Assembly (NCBI GenBank): GCA_905235375.1
Contig: CAJOLH010000004.1
Coordinates: 2,133-66,132, forward strand
Reading direction: 5' to 3'
Source of the DNA: an uncultured Bacteroidales bacterium
GTDB lineage: Bacteria > Bacteroidota > Bacteroidia > Bacteroidales > UBA3663
Length of the DNA: 64,000 nucleotides
The notes beneath the pieces are model-generated. The model was not told the DNA's origin. It saw only the letters and a list, made by a program, of their open reading frames with translations, and searched no databases. Shown piece after piece: positions 1 through 8,385 of the stretch; positions within the stretch are counted from its first letter, which is position 1, and each line of letters opens with the position of its first letter. Made by a program: the position numbers and the translations under genes.

Positions 1-235
1 AGCTGTAAGGTGTTCAGCAGATAAGCGACGGATATATGATTTGTTATATGGAAAAAGACATCTTCAGTAAGCAAAAACAATAAAATGAGCCTAATTCACC
101 TTATTTAATGGAGTGAAGTAGGCTGAATTATTAGGAAAATATGTTACTTTGCAGCATCAATTTCGGATGTCCGAATAAGGTCACACTGATTCCTCAGATT
201 CACACAGATTTTGCTTGCGCACGCCCGGCGTTCTA

Positions 236-372
236 TTTTATTGAACACGGAATGCACTGGAAAATGGTGGATCCCAATGGAGACCTGAGTGCGTTTCTGC
301 GTCGCACTCAGGACGGAATCCACTGATGTTTGACGCGAAATACATTCTGTGAGATTCGTGTGATCCGTGATA
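236..372 (+). repeat. A element copy 1 (hairpin 284..312)
   Basis: CGAACACGGAATGCACTG...CCTGAGTGCG-TTTCTGCGT-CGCACTCAGG...TTGACGCGA. Confidence 0.85.
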
Positions 373-390
373 GATACATCCTACGTTCTT

Positions 391-505
391 TTTTATCGAA
401 CACGGAACTCACTGAGGACACGGAAATTTAGCTGGTTCTAATGGAGGCCTGAGTGCATTGCTACGTCGCACTCAGGACGGAAGACACTGAGGCTTGACGC
501 AAAAT
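391..505 (+). repeat. A element copy 2 (hairpin 448..476)
   Basis: Same architecture as copy 1, with a 9-bp stem CCTGAGTGC/GCACTCAGG. Confidence 0.85.
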
Positions 506-641
506 GAACTCATTGGACTTTAAGGACTTTTGCTTGCGCACTCCAGGGAGAGTAATTCCGTAAATGTCCGAAAAGACGAAAAAGGACGAAAATAATTTGT
601 AGTTATTTCCGCGTTTTTCGATGTTGTTATATAGAAGCCAA

Positions 642-2795
642 ATGAAACACCTACTTCACATCCTCCCATGCTGCGCCCTGCTGCTGCTCTGCAGCTGCAC
701 CACTTCGCGCAAGCAGGTCGCTCAGCGAGAGCAGACCACCTTTCAGACTGCGGGCCACTGGAAACCCGCAACGGATATCCGCTCGGACCTCGTGATGGTC
801 TATGGCGCCAACGACCGCCCAAGAGAGACTTTCAGCCAGCGCGTGCAGTCGTGGCGCGACCGAGGCTACACCACTCACTTCATGACCGGCATCGCCTGGG
901 GAGAGTATCAGGACTACTTCACGGGACGATGGGACGGCCAATGGCACCTCGACGAGGGACAGAAGCAGATGAACGGCGACACCATCTGGCACGGCCACCT
1001 GATTCCGTATATCGTGCCTACGCACAACTACCTGAAATACTTCAAGGAACGCCATATCAAACCCGTCATCGATGCCGGCATCAGCTCGATCTTCCTCGAA
1101 GAGCCTGAGTTCTGGGCACGCAGCGGCTACAGCGAGGCTTTCAAGCGCGAATGGCAGGAATATTACGGTTTTGCGTGGCGACCGCAGCACGAGTCGGCTG
1201 AAAACACCTACCTCTCGAACAAACTGAAATATCACCTCTACTACCGTGCGCTCGACGAGACCTTCACCTACGCCAAGCAGTACGGTCAGCAGCAGGGCAT
1301 GGAGGTGCGCTGCTACGTCCCCACCCATTCGCTGCTGAACTATGCCCAGTGGCAGATTGTCAGCCCGGAAGCGTCGCTGGCTTCGATGAAGAACTGCGAC
1401 GGCTACATTGCGCAGGTGTGGACAGGAACCTCGCGCGAGCCGAACTTCTTCGACGGCAGGATGAAGGAACGCACCTTCGAGACCGCATTCCTCGAATATG
1501 GATGTATGTATTCGATGGTGGCTCCCACCAACCGCAGGGTGTATTTCCTCACCGACCCCATCGAGGACCGCGCCAAGGACTGGCAGGACTACCGCCGCAA
1601 CTACCAGGCCACGTTCACCGCCCAGCTGCTCTATCCCGGCAATAACTTCTATGAGGTTATGCCATGGCCCGACCGCATCTATGAGGGGCATTACCGCAAG
1701 AGCCTTGACAGCAACGAGCGCATCCGCATCCCGCGATTCTACAGCACCCAAATGCAGGTGATGATCAACACACTGAACGATATGCCCGTGAGCGACAACC
1801 AACTCAGCGGCACACAAGGGGTGGGCATCCTGATGTCAAATTCACTGATGTTCCAGCGTTCGCCACGGCCCGTGGAGGGCTATGACGACCCGCAGCTGAG
1901 CAACTTCTACGGGTTGGCTCTGCCACTGCTGAAACGCGGCGTACCCGTAGGCATCGTACACCTTGAGAACACCGGCTATGCCGACACCTGGAAGGGCGTC
2001 AGGGTGCTGCTGATGAGCTATTCCAACCAGAAACCCATGACGGCTGCCGAGAACGAACACCTCGCCCACTGGGTAGCGCGGGGTGGACACCTCATCTACG
2101 CTGCGCGTGACAACGACCCCTTCCAGCACGTCCTCGAATGGTGGAACCAGGGCACGATGAACTACCAGGCTCCTGCCGACCACCTGTTCGAGTTGATGGG
2201 TATTCCTCCTGCAGCTCCCGAGGGCACCTACCACTACGGGCGCGGCTCAGTGCAGATTATCCGCAGGGATCCCAAGGAGTTTGTCATGCAGCAACAAGGC
2301 GATGCACCCCTGCTCACGGCTGTGGGCAATGTGCTGAAGGACATCAGTTTCAAGAACCATTTCCGTCTCACACGCGGCGCATACGAGCTGGCGGCGGTGC
2401 TTGATGAGGACGTTGTGAGCAATGAACCGCTCACCCTGCAAGGCTGCTTCATCGACCTCTTCGACCCCCAACTGCCTGTGGTTCGACAGAAGACCGTGCG
2501 CCCTGGCGAACAGGCTTTCCTATATAATATAGAGAAGGTGCGCAAGCAACGCCGCCCGCAGGTGCTCGCAGCCGCCTCGCGCCAGTCGGAAGAACAGGTC
2601 TCTGCCCACTCCTATGCGTTCACTGCCAAGAGCCCTGCCGAAACCACGAACGTGATGCGTATCCTCCTGCCTTCCGAACCAAAGCGGGTCACGGTCTCTG
2701 CAGACAGCGAAAACCACTGGGACGAGGATAGTCATACCCTCTTCCTTACGTTCGAGAACCAGCCTGATGGTGTCAGGGTGGAGATAGATTTTTAA
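642..2795 (+). CDS. exported lipoprotein of unknown function (about 717 aa)
   Basis: ORF 621..2795. The ATG at 642 gives MKHLLHILPCCALLLLCSC, a lipobox-type signal. The ORF is long and codon-biased, with a long shadow ORF on the opposite strand. I cannot name a family motif. Confidence 0.6.
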   Translation: MKHLLHILPCCALLLLCSCTTSRKQVAQREQTTFQTAGHWKPATDIRSDLVMVYGANDRPRETFSQRVQSWRDRGYTTHFMTGIAWGEYQDYFTGRWDGQWHLDEGQKQMNGDTIWHGHLIPYIVPTHNYLKYFKERHIKPVIDAGISSIFLEEPEFWARSGYSEAFKREWQEYYGFAWRPQHESAENTYLSNKLKYHLYYRALDETFTYAKQYGQQQGMEVRCYVPTHSLLNYAQWQIVSPEASLASMKNCDGYIAQVWTGTSREPNFFDGRMKERTFETAFLEYGCMYSMVAPTNRRVYFLTDPIEDRAKDWQDYRRNYQATFTAQLLYPGNNFYEVMPWPDRIYEGHYRKSLDSNERIRIPRFYSTQMQVMINTLNDMPVSDNQLSGTQGVGILMSNSLMFQRSPRPVEGYDDPQLSNFYGLALPLLKRGVPVGIVHLENTGYADTWKGVRVLLMSYSNQKPMTAAENEHLAHWVARGGHLIYAARDNDPFQHVLEWWNQGTMNYQAPADHLFELMGIPPAAPEGTYHYGRGSVQIIRRDPKEFVMQQQGDAPLLTAVGNVLKDISFKNHFRLTRGAYELAAVLDEDVVSNEPLTLQGCFIDLFDPQLPVVRQKTVRPGEQAFLYNIEKVRKQRRPQVLAAASRQSEEQVSAHSYAFTAKSPAETTNVMRILLPSEPKRVTVSADSENHWDEDSHTLFLTFENQPDGVRVEIDF

Positions 2796-2888
2796 CCCAA
2801 AATTGCCAAAACTGTAAGGTTTTGAGGACCGATGAGATATTTTCGGAGAAAAACTGGACAGAAATTTGGATGTTTTGGCATTTTGATT

Positions 2889-2896
2889 TATATTTG
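2889..2896 (+). promoter_or_regulatory. Bacteroidota -7 box TATATTTG (start of the shared leader cassette)
   Basis: Matches the TAnnTTTG consensus. TTTG lies about 15-20 nt upstream. Confidence 0.6.
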
Positions 2897-2940
2897 CGGT
2901 GTCCATTTCGACTTATCGAAAACAAAAGCGGATAATAACT

Positions 2941-3066
2941 AAGGGGTCGCAGAGCTCAAAATTAATTAAAAGAAAAACGGGACAAGATTGGTCACGGCTT
3001 TTTAGATTAGCTTCTTTTGATAATTTTACAATTAATTTTCTTATAATTTTGAGCGAAGCGACCCCT
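2941..3066 (+). repeat. E element (MITE-like, about 22-bp terminal inverted repeats GGGGTCGC(T/A)(T/G)(C/A)GCTCAAAATT)
   Basis: The left arm 2941-2964 is the reverse complement of the right arm 3044-3066. Confidence 0.85.
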
Positions 3067-3404
3067 AAAAAACTCGAAAAATGAGACAATAAAGGTTTCG
3101 TTGGTTTCGTGGTTTTTCGGAATCCGAAAATACGATGGGGGTAATTCCGATAATGCTCGAAATAACGAAAAAGGACGAAAATTGGATCACGGATCATGGG
3201 GATTGAACGGATGTCCGAATAAGGGCACACAGATTCCTCAGATTCACACAGATTTTTGCTTGCGCACTCCCGAGTAGTCTGCGAGTCGCCAAGGAGTTTT
3301 TTTCTCTACGGACTCATTGGACTTTAAGGACTTTTGCTTACGCACGGCAGGTTTATTGCATTTCTAAATAATATCATTTACTAACTTACTAAAAAAAACG
3401 AATC

Positions 3405-5717
3405 ATGAAGAGATCTTTATTAACATTTCTGAGTTTCGTAGTCTCTGCGCTAGTTGTGGCACAGACTACAGATGAGAAGCCGATACTGACTATTGGCTGT
3501 ATTTCCGACTTCCACAACGAGAAGAGCCTGGTGCAAACCAACGACCCGTCGAAGGTGCAACTACGAGGTTCTGTGCCCATCATTTTTGAGAAGATGGCTC
3601 AGGAAGAGGATGTTGACGTAATCCTTGTGGGCGGTGACTGCACCAGTGAGGCCGAGGTGAGCGAGGAGGTATGGATGGCAGTGAAGACATTGCTGCACAA
3701 CACCATCCGAAGCGGATTCAAGGCAGACAAACCAACGCCAGTGCTTTACGTTGCAGGCAACCACGACTACGAGCTGTCGGCCAGGAAAGACGGTGTAAGA
3801 ATCTTCAATGCTGCCGACTACTACACCTATCCCATGAAACAGGATGTGGGCGAGTTGGCTGAGGGCGAATACACCACCGAGAGCCTTACATTCAGCGACG
3901 GTCCAAAAGACGTGATGAGCGCGTACCACTACAACGTTTACGGATTCGACTTTGTAGGTCTCAACTGCGGCAAGTACAGCTTTGACTGGTCGGACGACTA
4001 CCAGTATCCCATCGCATCGGTGGAATGGGTGGACAAGAAGCTCGACGAGATCTACGAGGATGACCCCGACAAGACGGTATTCTTCTTCCTGCATATTCCG
4101 TTCAACGACTCCAACAGCCTGCGCTTCTACGACAAAGGCCTGAAGGACAACGAGTCGTCGCAGAAGCTGAAGGCTGCCCTGAGCAAGCACCCGAACCTGA
4201 TCATGCTCTACGGTCACGACCACGGCGGCGACCGTGCCTTCACCCGCCGTACCTCGGCACAACGCGTGACGCTGTACGACAGCAACGGCCGCGTCATCCC
4301 ATCATTTGACAAGACACACGTGAAGGGCGCTACAGCAGATCCCGAGAACGATGTCTGCGACGAGGTTCAGGAGTTTGCACTCTACAATGCCTATAAGAAC
4401 AAGTACTTGGGCGACCTTCCTGACAACAGGCTCCAGCCTATCGACACGAAGAGCTTCAACGTGATCTTCACGCGTAACACGACGGGAGGCTCCTACACCG
4501 TTTCGATCGATGACTGCGCCCTGCACAACGGATCGTCGGCTGCCAGCTTCTCCGAGCAGGGAGCCACTGCCATCCTGATGTACAAGGTGGACGGCTATGA
4601 GGACGGAAAGCTCGTAGCGCACAAGACCAACGACCTCGTGGAGGGTGACGACTACCTCGTGGTGCGCTACCCCGACGCAAAGGGCTACTACGTGATGGGC
4701 TGCAAGTCGGTGGAAAATGACAAGTGCATGGCAAGCATTCATGTAGATAACAACGAGGACGGCAGCATCCTCTACATTCCCGAGAACAGCGCGCCTGAAT
4801 GTGTGTGGACGCTCGCTACCCCCAAGAGAGATGAATACTACTATATCAAGAGCTCGCTCACAGGCCGCTACCTGGACTGCAATGAATACAACCTCACCAC
4901 GCTCGAAGAGAAGGGACGCTGCACGGTGCAGAAGATTGCCGACGGAGTGCCTGCCTACCACATCGCCACTGAACATGCAGGCAGGGAGAGCAACTACCAA
5001 AGGAACCTGTTCTGCGGCTCCAACGGCTACTTCTCGACCAACATTGTAGCTAATGACATTTACCTCTACAAGGTGACGGATCTCACAGCTGACAACGAAA
5101 TTACTGCCGTACGCAGCGACAAGGTGGAGCTTGGCGAGAAGTATGTGATTGTGGGCAACTGTGACAAAGACAAGTCAAAGTGGTACATCCTCACCAACAA
5201 AGACTATATCAAGCCCGACGATGGCGGCCACCGCATGGTTCCTATTCCGGTTGACCCGACGGAGACCATCTCTCTTACTGACGACCCCGACAAGTCATGT
5301 CTGTGGGAGTTTGAGGATGCCACACCGGAGAGAGGCACACCGAGCTTCTTCTCCTCGTTCATGGGCAGTGCCCGCCACTACCTAAGCGGCATCGACCCTG
5401 GCACGCTGGACACGGGTACTCCCAACATCATTCAGGGCCTCATGATTTATGTCTATGCTGACAGAGTGGTGCTTCAGATGAAGAACTACCATAAGACAGG
5501 CTATATGGCTGACAGCGGTATTACCGTGAACGAGACGCTGGGCACCTATACTTCCTACCGCACGGTACAGAAAGTTCCTGTTGGCATCAAAGAAGTGGAG
5601 CTGAAGGACGCGTTCTATGAAGAGAAGGACGTGATCTACAACCTTACAGGTGTGCGCGTGAACAATCCTTCCCATGGCATCTATATCAGAAACGGGAAGA
5701 AGATGGTGGTGAAATAA
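3405..5717 (+). CDS. calcineurin-like metallophosphoesterase with C-terminal T9SS sorting domain
   Basis: Signal peptide MKRSLLTFLSFVVSALVVAQ. Metallophosphatase motif series DFHNE, GGDCT, GNHDYE, LHIP, GHDHGG. The C-terminus VIYNLTGVRVNNPSHGIYIRNGKKMVVK matches the type-A T9SS CTD pattern. Confidence 0.8.
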   Translation: MKRSLLTFLSFVVSALVVAQTTDEKPILTIGCISDFHNEKSLVQTNDPSKVQLRGSVPIIFEKMAQEEDVDVILVGGDCTSEAEVSEEVWMAVKTLLHNTIRSGFKADKPTPVLYVAGNHDYELSARKDGVRIFNAADYYTYPMKQDVGELAEGEYTTESLTFSDGPKDVMSAYHYNVYGFDFVGLNCGKYSFDWSDDYQYPIASVEWVDKKLDEIYEDDPDKTVFFFLHIPFNDSNSLRFYDKGLKDNESSQKLKAALSKHPNLIMLYGHDHGGDRAFTRRTSAQRVTLYDSNGRVIPSFDKTHVKGATADPENDVCDEVQEFALYNAYKNKYLGDLPDNRLQPIDTKSFNVIFTRNTTGGSYTVSIDDCALHNGSSAASFSEQGATAILMYKVDGYEDGKLVAHKTNDLVEGDDYLVVRYPDAKGYYVMGCKSVENDKCMASIHVDNNEDGSILYIPENSAPECVWTLATPKRDEYYYIKSSLTGRYLDCNEYNLTTLEEKGRCTVQKIADGVPAYHIATEHAGRESNYQRNLFCGSNGYFSTNIVANDIYLYKVTDLTADNEITAVRSDKVELGEKYVIVGNCDKDKSKWYILTNKDYIKPDDGGHRMVPIPVDPTETISLTDDPDKSCLWEFEDATPERGTPSFFSSFMGSARHYLSGIDPGTLDTGTPNIIQGLMIYVYADRVVLQMKNYHKTGYMADSGITVNETLGTYTSYRTVQKVPVGIKEVELKDAFYEEKDVIYNLTGVRVNNPSHGIYIRNGKKMVVK

Positions 5718-5750
5718 GTAACTCAGATTGTCGATAACAAAACGATGTTT

Positions 5751-5898
5751 GGGGGTCGCTTCGCTCAAAATTATAAGAAAATTAATTTTTAAAATTATCA
5801 AAAGAAGATGGTCCAAAATTGCCGTGACCAATTTCGACTCGTTTTTCTTATAATTTTTTGATTCAATTTTTTGGAAATTTTGAGCGCAGCGACTGCCC
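5751..5898 (-). repeat. E element, opposite orientation
   Basis: Matches the reverse complement of 2941..3066. Starts 34 nt after the metallophosphoesterase stop. Confidence 0.85.
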
Positions 5899-5902
5899 AC
5901 AT

Positions 5903-6050
5903 TTTCGAACACGGAATGCACTGAGGACACGGAAATTAGCGGGTCACAAAGGAGGCCTGAGTGCGTTTCTTCGTCGCACTCAGGACGGATGCCACTGAGG
6001 CTTGACGCGAGACGTGTTCCGTGAGTTTCGTGTGTTCCGTGGTAGAATTC
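5903..6050 (+). repeat. A element copy 3 (hairpin 5956..5984)
   Basis: This is the longest copy and includes the 3' GTGTTCCGTGAGTTTCGTGTGTTCCGTGG segment. Confidence 0.85.
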
Positions 6051-6473
6051 GACAATTCACGATAAAGGACAAGGGCACCAAGGAGTTATTATTCTCTACG
6101 GACTTTTGGGACTTTAAGGACTTTTGCTTGCGCACTCCCGGGATTAAAGGGCACACTGATTCCACTGATTCACACAGATTTTCGCTTGCGCGCTTCGAGG
6201 ATAGGCAGTGGCTCTTCAATCTATCACGAATTGGCGAATTAGCAAATTTCTCTACGGATGTCTTTTTCTCTACGGACTTCAGGGACTCTAAGGACTTTTG
6301 CTTGCGCGCGCCAATGATAGTCCATTATGTCAGACTCCATAGAGCCAAAGAAATCTGTGGAAATCTGTGAAATCTGTGTGACATGTGCCGATGTTCTGCC
6401 GCACGGAGTGCAGGGGTTAGGTCACACAGATTTCGCAGATGAACACAGATTTTTGCTTGCGCACTCCCAGCGT

Positions 6474-6597
6474 TTTTTATTATCGAACACGGAAGACACC
6501 GAGGACACTGAAATTAGCGGGTCACAAGGGAGGCCTGAGTGCGTTTCTGCGTCGCACTCAGGACTGAAGCCACTGATGCTTGACGCGAAATATATTC
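6474..6597 (+). repeat. A element copy 4 (hairpin 6534..6562)
   Basis: Same architecture as the other A copies. Confidence 0.85.
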
Positions 6598-6770
6598 CTT
6601 AGAGAGAAGAATCGGACAGACCTCAGTGTCCTCCGTCCAGTGGACAATGCAGCGCTGTCCACTGGTCTCCCTTGGACGCATAAGATTCCGTGTCTTCGGT
6701 GTATTCCGTGGTAGATAAAAATTGTTCTGCAGCAGAAAAAAAGTTCTGTAGTAGATGCCTCCAACATTCT

Positions 6771-6860
6771 TTTTTTCGAACACGGAATGCACTGAGGACA
6801 CTGAAATTAGTGGGTCCCATGGAGGCCTGAGTGCGTTTCTGCGTCGCACTCAGGACGGAA
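6771..6860 (+). repeat. A element copy 5, 3'-truncated (hairpin 6826..6854)
   Basis: Same 5' half and hairpin as the other A copies. Confidence 0.8.
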
Positions 6861-6875
6861 AAACATCCGGAAGAT

Positions 6876-7502
6876 TTACACGTATAGTTGGAACACTACA
6901 TGATCGTTCTTTTCCATCCTGAGCTTGATGCTGTCGAAGATGCTTTTATGATCCTCATTCAATTGGTCAAGAGGGATGGAGTCGAGTACCTGCCGACACT
7001 CTTGCATCTTGTTGGCTTCCCGATATAACTCTGCCTTCATCAACAGATCTACTGCTGAGTTAAAATTGAACGAATCGTTCAATTCGACAACCGTTTTCGC
7101 GAAGAACTCAAAATCTTCATCTGAAGGTTTGTGGACTTTCTTGCTTCTATAGAAATAGTCGTTATAGGATTGGATTAACCAGAATCGGAGATTATTAAGT
7201 GTTCTATCGTCCACTCCTTCTGCCTGGATCTGGACGTACGCTTCTTTCCACTCGGGGAAAGTCAGTTCGCCAAATGCGGATGAGTAGCTGTCACCTTCTC
7301 CGCACCAATTTTTATATTCCTCATAATATTTGCCACAGTTGGGGCATTTCTGTACTGGAGATACCATTGGAAGCATTGGCGCAATCCTTTTGTTATCGGA
7401 CCAAAAGGTGGCGCCGCAGGTATTCCCTGATGCCATTGTAAACAGTTCTTTCTTCGTCCCACAATAAGGGCACTTCACGATTTTAGCTTTTCCTGGAGTC
7501 AT
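6876..7502 (-). CDS. hypothetical protein with N-terminal double CxxC zinc ribbon
   Basis: 208-aa ORF with CPYCG...CPNCG in the first 60 aa and a helical acidic C-terminal half. Lies in a locally AT-rich segment. No family recognised. Confidence 0.5.
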   Translation of the reverse strand: MTPGKAKIVKCPYCGTKKELFTMASGNTCGATFWSDNKRIAPMLPMVSPVQKCPNCGKYYEEYKNWCGEGDSYSSAFGELTFPEWKEAYVQIQAEGVDDRTLNNLRFWLIQSYNDYFYRSKKVHKPSDEDFEFFAKTVVELNDSFNFNSAVDLLMKAELYREANKMQECRQVLDSIPLDQLNEDHKSIFDSIKLRMEKNDHVVFQLYV

Positions 7503-7760
7503 AGTCTGTACTATTTTAAATAAACTTTTTGTTGTAAATTTTTGTTGTGTGCAAAATTAAGACCAAAAAATTGGATTGACAAGATGTTTGGGATTTTTTT
7601 TCACGATTTTTTGGAAAAAGAGTTCATAATATTTGGAGATTTGCAAAATAAATAGAATGATATTATTGAAAGGCATGCTACACTAACCGAAAGTCCGTCG
7701 AATTATAAGGGTGAGATTAATATTCCCGAGTATGTCGATTTCGAAGGCGACAAGTATTGT

Positions 7761-8165
7761 GTGTATTGTATTTACAGTTCGGCTTTCGACGGAAGCGAAG
7801 AATTGACTAAAGTGACCATCGCGAAAACAGTGGAGTATATCGGCTTTGCGGCTTTCGCCCACACAGGCTTGACTTCTGTGGAAATTCCGGAAAGCGTGAC
7901 GATGATCAATGCTTGCATTTTCGCTGAATGCCTTAGTTTGCAATCGGTTACTATACCGAGCAGCGTAGAAAAAATTTCAGATTATGCCTTCGATAATTGC
8001 ACTAGCTTGAGAAAGATTGTTATAAGAAGGACTACCCCTCCGTCTTTGCATGAAGACGCATTCGCAGATGTCGATAAATCGAAGATCACGGTCTATATAC
8101 CTAAGGGCAGCATGAAATACTATAATAATAGAACATGGAAAGACTTCATCCTCGTTGAGGAATAA
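7761..8165 (+). CDS. BspA-type leucine-rich-repeat protein, short or 5'-truncated
   Basis: Repeats of the form (V)TIPxSVxxIGxxAFxxCxxL. The frame is open back to 7656 and already reads like LRR sequence (GEINIPEYVDFEGDKY), but it has no ATG and no signal peptide. It may be a gene fragment. Confidence 0.45.
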   Translation: MYCIYSSAFDGSEELTKVTIAKTVEYIGFAAFAHTGLTSVEIPESVTMINACIFAECLSLQSVTIPSSVEKISDYAFDNCTSLRKIVIRRTTPPSLHEDAFADVDKSKITVYIPKGSMKYYNNRTWKDFILVEE

Positions 8166-8184
8166 GGGAAAAATATTAAGAAAA

Positions 8185-8363
8185 AAGGCTTCGCCAGAAA
8201 AAGCCCCGGGCTCGATGCTGGACGAAAAAGGCTCTGTAGATTTGCTCAGATTAACCGGATTTTCCGCTTGAACCGACATAACAGAAATCCGATGAATCCG
8301 AGCAAATCCGTAGAGTTTTTTAACGTTAATGATCGTATAATGAACCGTTAATGGTCATTAATG
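8185..8363 (+). repeat. F element copy 1 (about 180 bp, long hairpin 8232..8315 + T-run)
   Basis: Roughly 80% identical to 20609..20786 by eye. Follows a + strand stop codon. Confidence 0.85.
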
Positions 8364-8385
8364 TTTTGATGTAGATGATTTGAGA

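Larger units (their letters stand above)
136..641 (+). repeat. mosaic repeat leader upstream of the 642 lipoprotein gene (module order B, A, A, C, D, 3' module)
   Basis: Every segment has near-copies elsewhere in the window: 166-232 resembles 3207-3272 and 11846-11909; 236-372 and 391-505 are A elements; 511-549 is a C module; 546-594 is a D module; 596-639 is the 3' module. Confidence 0.85.
2889..3353 (+). repeat. mosaic repeat leader, colinear copy 1 (cassette, E, D, B, C)
   Basis: Colinear with 11509..11992 over about 470 bp, roughly 85% identical by eye. Confidence 0.9.
5718..6875 (+). repeat. 1.16-kb ORF-free convergent spacer made of repeat modules (E in reverse orientation, A, C, B, C, B-like, A, hairpin, A)
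   Basis: Modules identified by direct comparison with the other copies. The only ORFs here are frame-independent read-throughs of repeats. Confidence 0.85.

Noticed and set aside
651-1817. 388-aa minus-strand ORF, plus similar ones at 12569..13693, 21279..22196, 37304..38401, 18447..19241, 53115..53885, 58163..58834 and others.
   Set aside because: Each lies entirely inside a well-supported gene on the other strand. They are shadow ORFs.
2941-3066. E element as an invertible promoter (fim or CPS-type switch).
   Set aside because: There is no TAnnTTTG box on either strand inside the element. Only the weaker idea of an invertible or structural leader segment is kept, as a finding.
5980-6849. 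ORFs of 65-122 aa inside the repeat spacer (5980..6219, 6002..6370, 6327..6602, 6514..6849), plus similar ones at 2899..3230, 5382..5930, 11656..11913 and 43186..43775.
   Set aside because: They are read-throughs of dispersed repeat modules that occur in both orientations and in several frames elsewhere. There is no consistent frame between copies.
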